A DNA stretch of 64,000 nt from Bdellovibrionales bacterium (lineage in GTDB: Bacteria; Bdellovibrionota; UBA1018; CAIMNF01): positions 96,001 to 160,000 of the forward strand of contig JBEIJY010000002.1 of the NCBI GenBank assembly GCA_040380025.1, given 5' to 3'. Under the pieces are notes generated by a model that worked only from the letters and a program-made list of their open reading frames with translations, was not told the origin of the DNA and made no database searches. Below, piece by piece: positions 57,411 through 64,000 of this stretch (position 1 is its first letter; each line of letters starts with the position of its first letter). Position numbers and translations under genes: made by a program.

Positions 57411-59987
57411 CTACTGCTTTGCGCTTTTGCCTCGCGGGAGTGCACGATTTTTCAGGGTCGCTCCGGAACCGGTTTTCAGGTTTGTCTTCAGGGCGGGTTT
57501 TTTGACGCGATTCAAGGGCTTGACGGGTTTCGGAGCTTTTCTCGGACGGATCACGAGGGGGAATACCTCTGAGATCTGGCTCACAAAATGAATGTCGAGG
57601 CTCCGAAGAAGTTCAATGGGCAGATCATGAAGATCGCGCTCGTTCTCTTTGGGCAAAATCACGCGCTCCACACCCGAACGGCGAGCGGCCAGAAGCTTCT
57701 CGCGAACTCCCCCGATCGGAAGCACGCGCCCCGTGAGCGAGAGTTCTCCGGTCATGGCGGTCTTCACGCGCGCAGGATCGCGGGTGAAGAGCGAGTACAG
57801 GGCGGAGGCAAGGGTGATTCCCGCACTCGGACCATCTTTGGGAATGGCGCCGGCCGGGATGTGAATGTGGATGTCGCGGTCTTTCAGAGCCGCAGGAGAG
57901 ATCACCATCTCGTCAATGAGCCGCTTTTTGACAAACGTCCACGCGATCTGGGCGCTCTCGAGCATGACTTCGCCCATTTGTCCTGTGAGCTTCAGCTGGC
58001 CCGAGCCGGGAAGATCGATCGCCTCGATGAAGAGAATCTCGCCCCCTAGCGCGGTCCAGGCAAGTCCGGTCATCACACCCGGAATCCCCGCGCGATCTGC
58101 AAGCTCGTGGGAGAATCGCCTTGGACCCAAAAGTTCCAAAAGGTCGTCGGTTCCGACGACAATCGGAAGCTTCAGCCTCTCGCGCGACTCGCGCCGCTCG
58201 ACGATGCGGGCCGCGATCTTGCGGGCGATCCGGCCCAAGGCTTGCTCGAGAATCCGGAGCCCCGGCTCGCGCGCGTAATCCAGAATCAGTTGCCGGAGCG
58301 CCGGACGTTCGATCCGGAGGTCCGCCGGTTTCAGCGCGGTTTCTTCGAGGACTTTCGGCAGAATGTGGCTTCTCGCGATTTGTTCCTTCTCCTCAAGCGT
58401 GTAGCCGTTCAGCTCGATCACCTCCATGCGGTCGAGGAGGGGCGGCGGAATGCTCTGAAGGGTATTCGCAGTCGCGATGAAGATCATCTGCGAGAGATCG
58501 AAGGGGACATCAAGATAATGATCGAGGAAGTTCGAATTCTGTTCGGGGTCCAGCACCTCCAGGAGCGCACTCGCCGGATCGCCATGATAATGGCTTGCAA
58601 GCTTGTCGATCTCATCGAGCAGAATGACCGCATTCTTGCTCCCGGCCCGTTTTGCGGCCTGAATGAATTTTCCGGGCATCGCGCCGATGTAGGTGCGGCG
58701 GTGCCCCTTGATCTCGGCTTCGTCCCGCATTCCTCCAAGCGAGAAACGGTAGAACTTGCGCCCCATGGCCTCGGCGATGGATTTTCCGATCGAGGTTTTT
58801 CCGACGCCGGGAGGGCCGACGAGAAGAATGATCGATCCTTTTTTGGAGAGTTTCTTCTGGGCCGCATGAAGGTTCCGGACGGCTAGGAATTCGAGAATCC
58901 TCTCTTTCACCTTTTCAAGGCCCGTGTGGTGACGGTCCAGAACCTCACGTGCGCTCGAGAGATTCAACCGGTCCTCGGTCGTGATGTTCCAAGGGAGCGA
59001 ACACAGTGTTTCGAGGTAGCCGAGCGAGATTGTGTACTCTGGAGATTGCTCGTTCAGGGTCTCGAATTTCGAGAGCTCTTCGAGCGCGGTTTTCTTCACC
59101 TCTTCGGGCATACCCGCGGCCTCGATTCGCTCGCGGAAGGAGCGCGCACTTTTGTCGCGGCCTTCTTCCTCCATTCCGAGTTCTTTTTTGATCAGCTTCA
59201 GCTGTTCCCGCAAAAAGAACTCGCGTTGGAGCGTGGTGATTTTCTGGTTCACCTCGTCGTTGATTTTTTTTTGGACGGTGGCCACGTCCTGCTCGCGCTT
59301 CAAAAAAACCAAAAGCTTTTCAAAGCGCGTCCGGACGTCGAAGGTTTCGAGATAATCCTGCGAATCCTCGCGCGAGAGGCCGAGCGCGAAGGCCACAATG
59401 TCGGCCACCACCCCCGAGTGGGGCGCATTGATCAGGGCAAGCTTCATCTCTTCATTGAAGAAGGGATGGGTCTCCGAGAGCTCCTTGACATGGCTGATGA
59501 TCGAGCGGGTGAGTGCGTCGATCTCAAGGCTCTTCTCCGGGGACTTCTCTTCGACGTATTCCGGCTCCACCACCAAAATGGGCTGCTCGGCCAGGGTCTT
59601 TTTGATGCGGAAGCGGCGGAGTCCCTGAATCAGAATTTGAATGGATCCGTCCGGGAGTTTGATCCGCTTCAGGATTTTGACCGCCATGCCCGTCTGGTAC
59701 ACATCGGCGGCTTTCGGCTCTTCGGGCAGCGTGTCCGAGCGGGTCAGGAGGAGTCCCAGATGATGCTGCTTTCGCGCCAAGAGTTCTTCGATGGTCGCGA
59801 TGGATCTTGGTTGCCACACCACCATGGGAACAATCAGGGTAGGGTAAATCACAGGGCCCGGAACCGGAATCGTGAAGAGGTTCTGGGGAAGGACTTGGTC
59901 CGGGAGAAGAATGCCCGGATTAGATGCCACCGGATGATTTGCGTCGCTCACATCTGATAAAGATGGTGCCGGAGGCGGCGAAATCAA
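57411..59987 (-). CDS. lon: ATP-dependent Lon protease (start may be GTG 59951)
   Basis: GPPGVGKT, GHRRTYIGAMPG, LLEVLDPEQN, PKDGPSAG and IGGV.EK motifs. Confidence 0.96.
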   Translation of the reverse strand: MISPPPAPSLSDVSDANHPVASNPGILLPDQVLPQNLFTIPVPGPVIYPTLIVPMVVWQPRSIATIEELLARKQHHLGLLLTRSDTLPEEPKAADVYQTGMAVKILKRIKLPDGSIQILIQGLRRFRIKKTLAEQPILVVEPEYVEEKSPEKSLEIDALTRSIISHVKELSETHPFFNEEMKLALINAPHSGVVADIVAFALGLSREDSQDYLETFDVRTRFEKLLVFLKREQDVATVQKKINDEVNQKITTLQREFFLREQLKLIKKELGMEEEGRDKSARSFRERIEAAGMPEEVKKTALEELSKFETLNEQSPEYTISLGYLETLCSLPWNITTEDRLNLSSAREVLDRHHTGLEKVKERILEFLAVRNLHAAQKKLSKKGSIILLVGPPGVGKTSIGKSIAEAMGRKFYRFSLGGMRDEAEIKGHRRTYIGAMPGKFIQAAKRAGSKNAVILLDEIDKLASHYHGDPASALLEVLDPEQNSNFLDHYLDVPFDLSQMIFIATANTLQSIPPPLLDRMEVIELNGYTLEEKEQIARSHILPKVLEETALKPADLRIERPALRQLILDYAREPGLRILEQALGRIARKIAARIVERRESRERLKLPIVVGTDDLLELLGPRRFSHELADRAGIPGVMTGLAWTALGGEILFIEAIDLPGSGQLKLTGQMGEVMLESAQIAWTFVKKRLIDEMVISPAALKDRDIHIHIPAGAIPKDGPSAGITLASALYSLFTRDPARVKTAMTGELSLTGRVLPIGGVREKLLAARRSGVERVILPKENERDLHDLPIELLRSLDIHFVSQISEVFPLVIRPRKAPKPVKPLNRVKKPALKTNLKTGSGATLKNRALPRGKSAKQ

Positions 59988-60484
59988 GGCTTCAGGTCAA
60001 TAATAATCCTGGCCGGCTCCGTCAGTTCAAAAACTTCAGTCTTAACCGGTCCTTGCAGGTCGATGGCGAACATCCAGCGGTCCTGTTCCATCGGGGGGAA
60101 GAACTCAATTTTTTTGATCGATTTCGTTTTGCGCGCGGATTGAATGGCGGTCTGAGTCGAAAACTCCGCCTTGATCTTTCCGAACAGGGTAGCCACGATG
60201 CGGCGCGAATCGCGGTTGTTTTGCACCATGAAAAAGGGCGGCCGCTCGAGTTTGGCGATGTCGATCACGATCCGGTCAAAGCCCCCTTGGTTTGCCGCAA
60301 TCCGGACGTTCTCGATCTTCACGTCGGAGCTCAGTCGATCTCCTCCCGAGAATGCGCCTTCCTGCAGATAAATGTCTTTTTTCACCCGAAGGGCGGGGCG
60401 GAACGCATGTTCATCGAACGCGGCAATCGAGGGAGACGCTGTCCAAAGAAGAGCGAGACCGGCAAGAATCAAACGAGTGAGCAT
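59984..60484 (-). CDS. Secreted AMIN-like domain protein
   Basis: Signal peptide; FDRIVID and F.L..PARIIID motifs. Confidence 0.65.
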   Translation of the reverse strand: MLTRLILAGLALLWTASPSIAAFDEHAFRPALRVKKDIYLQEGAFSGGDRLSSDVKIENVRIAANQGGFDRIVIDIAKLERPPFFMVQNNRDSRRIVATLFGKIKAEFSTQTAIQSARKTKSIKKIEFFPPMEQDRWMFAIDLQGPVKTEVFELTEPARIIIDLKP

Positions 60485-60531
60485 CTTGAAATCAGCTTAG
60501 AGCCCGTAGGCGCTGAATTCAATCGAAACCG

Positions 60532-61311
60532 CTACTTCTTCGAGCGAAACAACATCGCCAGGGCGATCCCGATTCCGAGTCCGAACAGAATCACACTTGT
60601 CCTGCTTGGCGATTCTTCGGGTTTTTGGCCCGTTTCATCGGGCTTTTTCGTGCTTTCTTCCGGGGATGCCACAGGGGCTTCGGGGAGTACGGAGCCTGCG
60701 GATCCCGGTGAGGCCGGGGAGGCCGCTCCGGGGCGGGGCTCGGTTGCTCCTGCCGCAGGAGGCGGTTCCGGGGAGGCAGCCAGTTTTTTCAAATCCCCGA
60801 TCGACCAGTCCTTGCGGTTCGCCTCGATGCCCGGTCCCTGCGCACCCTCGGCAGAGCCCTCCGAGTAGGCCAGCAGCCCTCCGGAGAGCAGTTCTTTTCC
60901 GTTTTTCTTCTCGATCTCGAACTTTCCGAGTTCGAGTCCCTCGATTTCGTACGAGCGGTCCTCGAGCAGATCTCCCAAAAACAGCACGGTATCCTCATTT
61001 TCATGGAATTCCGGGGCGCCCGCGACTTCGACGGTCATGCCGTTCGTCGATCCGCCCGCTTTCCGGATCAGGATTCTTTTTTCCTGGATCCGGCCCTTCA
61101 AGACCTCGGTGATCTCAACCTCGGCATAGGTGCGGATCACGCGGTTCCCTTCGGTGTCCGTCCCCTCCTCGGGGCGGATGGAGCGAACGATCCCCCGGAC
61201 GATGTTGGGCGAGCTTTGAACGAACTCGCTCATCGGAGCGATGTGGAAGCTTGTCGCGCGCGAAATCACGGGTGGGAGGAGCAGGCCCAGCAAAAGGAAG
61301 TGCAACTTCAT
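60532..61311 (-). CDS. Secreted protein with Pro-rich linker and C-terminal membrane anchor
   Basis: Signal peptide; beta domain (V.G.V, EVLKG, GG, G.PEF, VLFL); P/A/S/E-rich linker; terminal TM helix plus RSKK. Confidence 0.7.
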   Translation of the reverse strand: MKLHFLLLGLLLPPVISRATSFHIAPMSEFVQSSPNIVRGIVRSIRPEEGTDTEGNRVIRTYAEVEITEVLKGRIQEKRILIRKAGGSTNGMTVEVAGAPEFHENEDTVLFLGDLLEDRSYEIEGLELGKFEIEKKNGKELLSGGLLAYSEGSAEGAQGPGIEANRKDWSIGDLKKLAASPEPPPAAGATEPRPGAASPASPGSAGSVLPEAPVASPEESTKKPDETGQKPEESPSRTSVILFGLGIGIALAMLFRSKK

Positions 61312-61340
61312 GCCGGATATCGTATCAATAAATCCGATTC

Positions 61341-63125
61341 ATGGCACTCATCCAGCGTTCCGTATTGGAGAAATCAAAGTCCAGCGTCATCTACTTGGTG
61401 CTGTTTGTGGGGCTGATTTTTGCGCTGATCGGAGTCTACCGCGGCGGGGTGCATCTGTCGGGGCTCCGCGCAGAATCGGTGTTCCTTCCGGATCTTCCCG
61501 GAGCGATTTTTCTTTCGTGGATGCGAATGGCGGCCGCCTACTGCGCCTCGCTGGTGTTCGCGTACACCTTCGGGCTTCTGGCCGCGCGCACTGCAACGGG
61601 AGAACGCTTCATTCTTCCGGTACTGGACATTCTGCAATCGGTTCCCGTGGTGGGGTTCTTTCCGGCGGCGATCACGTTCTTCATCGGAATCACCGACGGT
61701 CACCGCATCGGCGTCGAGCTTTCGGCCGTGTTTTTGATTTTCACCTCGCAGGCCTGGAACATCGGCTTCGCCGTGTACGAGTCCGTGAAGGCGATTCCGG
61801 TCGAGAACGAAGAGGCGGTGATGAGCATGGGGCTTCCGCAAAGCCGGAGGTTCCTGAATCTTTATCTGCCGTCCTCGATTCCGCGGGTGATCTACAACTC
61901 GATTCTTTCGTGGTCGAATGGCTGGTTCTTCCTCGTGGCCTGCGAGATCATCGCCATCGGTCCGGTCCGGTACAATCTGCCGGGCATCGGGAGCTTTCTG
62001 GCCCGCGCCGCCGAGGACGAAAAGCTTGATCTTGTATTGTGGGGCATCTTCGCGCTCGTGTGCACGATTCTTCTCATGGATCTGTTCCTCTGGAAGCCGC
62101 TCCAGGTTTGGTCCCAGCGGTTCCGGCAGGATGCGACGGCGAATCAGGACGAAGAGGATGTGGGATTGTTTCTCGATCTTCCGAAGACGATCGCGTCGCG
62201 GCTTTCGTTTTTGACGGGGCCTTTGTTGGATATTGTCCTGACCTTCACGGCCCCGATCCGATGGGCGTTTCGGGAGGTGGTGCTTCCCTTGTTCTGGGAT
62301 TTGCCGGCATCGCTCCTTTCCAGTCTGTTTGAGGGGGTTTCGAAGCCGATCCGCCCGGTCCTGAAAACCACAAAAGAGGTGCGCTCTGCGATCGGGTACT
62401 TTGCCTTGGGGTTCCTCGTCGTGCTGGGCGGGTTTTATGCCTGGAACTGGTTTCGCGGCCCGATCCCGGCCGTTCTGAGCGAGATTCCGGTGGGGCTGTT
62501 GTACTCGACCCTGCGGATCCTTGCGGCGCTCTTGATCTCGTTCTCGTGGGTGCTTCCGCTCGTGTATTTTACCTGGAACCGCCCGCGCCTCCGCCAGCGC
62601 CTCACCACCATCGCCCAGCTCGGGGCCTCGATTCCGGCAACGGCGCTGTTCCCGCTGATTGTGCTTGTTGGCGTGAGAAAGCTCGGCGGCGGAATGGAAT
62701 TCGCGACGCTTGTTTTGCTGACCTTCGGAATTCAATGGTACGTGTTGTTCAATGCGATCGGTGGCGCGGCCGGGATTCCCTCCGATTTGGTCGATGCGGC
62801 GAGATCCTACGGCCTCAGCCCGTATAAGACCTTCCGAACCTTGGTGTTTCCCGCCATTCGTCCGGCCCTCCTGACGGGCGCGATCACGGCTTGGGGTGGT
62901 GGATGGAACGCGCTCGTGGTATCGGAATATATCACGGTGAAGGATGAGGTGGTCCGGGTAAAGGGGCTTGGAGCCCTCCTCAGCCATTCCGTATATGAAC
63001 TGGGAGATGGCCGTTCCATCACACTTTGCATTCTGGTGATGGTCGCATGGATCTTGCTTGTGAACCTTCTGATCTGGCAACCGCTGTATCAACAAAATCT
63101 GGAGAGGTTTCGCTTCACCTCATGA
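61341..63125 (+). CDS. NitT/TauT family ABC transporter permease (duplicated TM domain)
   Basis: LDILQSVPV.GF, FTSQAWN, QWY.LFN and TAWGGGWNA..SE motifs. Confidence 0.88.
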   Translation: MALIQRSVLEKSKSSVIYLVLFVGLIFALIGVYRGGVHLSGLRAESVFLPDLPGAIFLSWMRMAAAYCASLVFAYTFGLLAARTATGERFILPVLDILQSVPVVGFFPAAITFFIGITDGHRIGVELSAVFLIFTSQAWNIGFAVYESVKAIPVENEEAVMSMGLPQSRRFLNLYLPSSIPRVIYNSILSWSNGWFFLVACEIIAIGPVRYNLPGIGSFLARAAEDEKLDLVLWGIFALVCTILLMDLFLWKPLQVWSQRFRQDATANQDEEDVGLFLDLPKTIASRLSFLTGPLLDIVLTFTAPIRWAFREVVLPLFWDLPASLLSSLFEGVSKPIRPVLKTTKEVRSAIGYFALGFLVVLGGFYAWNWFRGPIPAVLSEIPVGLLYSTLRILAALLISFSWVLPLVYFTWNRPRLRQRLTTIAQLGASIPATALFPLIVLVGVRKLGGGMEFATLVLLTFGIQWYVLFNAIGGAAGIPSDLVDAARSYGLSPYKTFRTLVFPAIRPALLTGAITAWGGGWNALVVSEYITVKDEVVRVKGLGALLSHSVYELGDGRSITLCILVMVAWILLVNLLIWQPLYQQNLERFRFTS

Positions 63126-63886
63126 CTCCCGGTACGCATCCGCTCATCGAATTCCGAAACGTCACTCGCCGGTTCCTGCTTCCGCAGGGGGAGGTGACCG
63201 TGATCGATGACATTTCGTTTCAGGCCCAGGAAGGCGAATTCATCACGATCGTCGGGCCTTCGGGCGCGGGCAAGAGCACGCTGCTTCGGATGATGAACGG
63301 ACTGCTCGCTCCGTCCATGGGTGAGGTGCTGTACAACGGCGAGCCCCAGCGCGGGATCAACCTCGAGACCTCGATGGTGTTCCAGAATTTCGGACTTTTG
63401 CCGTGGCTCACGGTTTCGCAGAACATCGAGCTTGGTCTCGAGGCGCGCTCGAAAGACGCCGCCTATCGCAAGAACCAGGTCGATCGCTACATCACCAAAG
63501 TGGGCCTGGAAGGGTACGAAGAGGCCTATCCCCGCGAGCTTTCGGGCGGGATGAAGCAAAGGGTGGGGCTTGCGCGCGCCCTTGCCGTGGAGCCGTCGTT
63601 GCTCCTCATGGACGAGCCCTTCTCGTCGCTCGACGTGCTCACGTCGATCAACCTTCGGAACGAACTTTTGGACATCTGGAGTGACCGCGACAACGTGGTG
63701 AACACCATGATCATGGTCACTCATAACATCGAGGAGGCGGTCGAGCTTTCGGATCGGATTCTGATCCTGTCAAACCGCCCCGGAAAAATTGCAGGGGAGC
63801 TGAAGGTGGATCTTCCGCGCCCGAGACGAAAGCGGGACCCGCTGTTCTCGGAGCATGTGGACCGGGTCTTCTCACTTCTTGCGTAG
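63122..63886 (+). CDS. NitT/TauT family ABC transporter ATP-binding protein
   Basis: GPSGAGKST, LSGGMKQR, MDEPFS and VTHNIEEA motifs. Confidence 0.92.
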   Translation: MTPGTHPLIEFRNVTRRFLLPQGEVTVIDDISFQAQEGEFITIVGPSGAGKSTLLRMMNGLLAPSMGEVLYNGEPQRGINLETSMVFQNFGLLPWLTVSQNIELGLEARSKDAAYRKNQVDRYITKVGLEGYEEAYPRELSGGMKQRVGLARALAVEPSLLLMDEPFSSLDVLTSINLRNELLDIWSDRDNVVNTMIMVTHNIEEAVELSDRILILSNRPGKIAGELKVDLPRPRRKRDPLFSEHVDRVFSLLA

Positions 63887-63895
63887 GGAGAGCAT

Positions 63896-64000
63896 ATGAA
63901 ACATGCGGCATTGCCAGAGATAGGAATCAGTCAAATCTTGGGACTGGTGGAGCTTTTGGTCGGCAAGGGAGGGCGCGAGGACATTTACAAGCTCGCAGGC
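63896..64000 (+). CDS. AAA-associated C-terminal domain protein (partial, runs off right edge)
   Basis: SD GGAGAG then ATG: MKHAALPEIGISQILGLVELLVGKGGREDIYKLAG..., resembling the LP...GL.E....GR.D...LA domain normally fused to this ATPase family. Confidence 0.65.
   Translation, partial: MKHAALPEIGISQILGLVELLVGKGGREDIYKLAG

Noticed and set aside
61374..63095. Long antisense ORFs (also 39498-41060, 35435-36769, 16099-17313, 1162-2424)
   Set aside because: These are shadow ORFs opposite well-supported genes, expected with GC-rich codon bias, and show no motifs.

Overview
Gram-negative bacterial chromosomal window with a moderately high GC content, densely coding on both strands. Gene content suggests a Bdellovibrionota/Deltaproteobacteria-like organism, but this is an inference. 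It carries housekeeping and envelope genes: gpx-msrBA, rsgA, tadA, ampG, galE, mce, trxB, lolE/lolD-bamA-skp-lpxD-fabZ-lpxA-[lpxB-lpxK fusion]-DUF3108-GT9-GT4, alpha2-type glyRS, alaS, ssb, ribD, pal-cpoB-tsaD-rsmA-smpB, rpoZ, proC, lon and a NitT/TauT-type ABC transporter. Several secreted hypothetical proteins are interspersed. No rRNA, tRNA, CRISPR array, transposase, integrase or reverse transcriptase was seen. The main non-coding signals are: (1) a family of intergenic palindromic elements, with two full ~200-bp copies sharing a 59/64-identical structured core on long self-complementary arms plus two short derivatives, all between divergent genes; (2) a ~140-nt highly structured sRNA candidate behind a sigma28-like promoter; (3) pervasive TANNNT-N6-9-start, apparently leaderless, promoter architecture; (4) a 42-bp palindrome in front of an AAA/DUF4143 gene; (5) an A10 slippery tract that could fuse an exported Gpx to MsrBA. 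All protein calls come from recognising motifs by eye, with no database searches.
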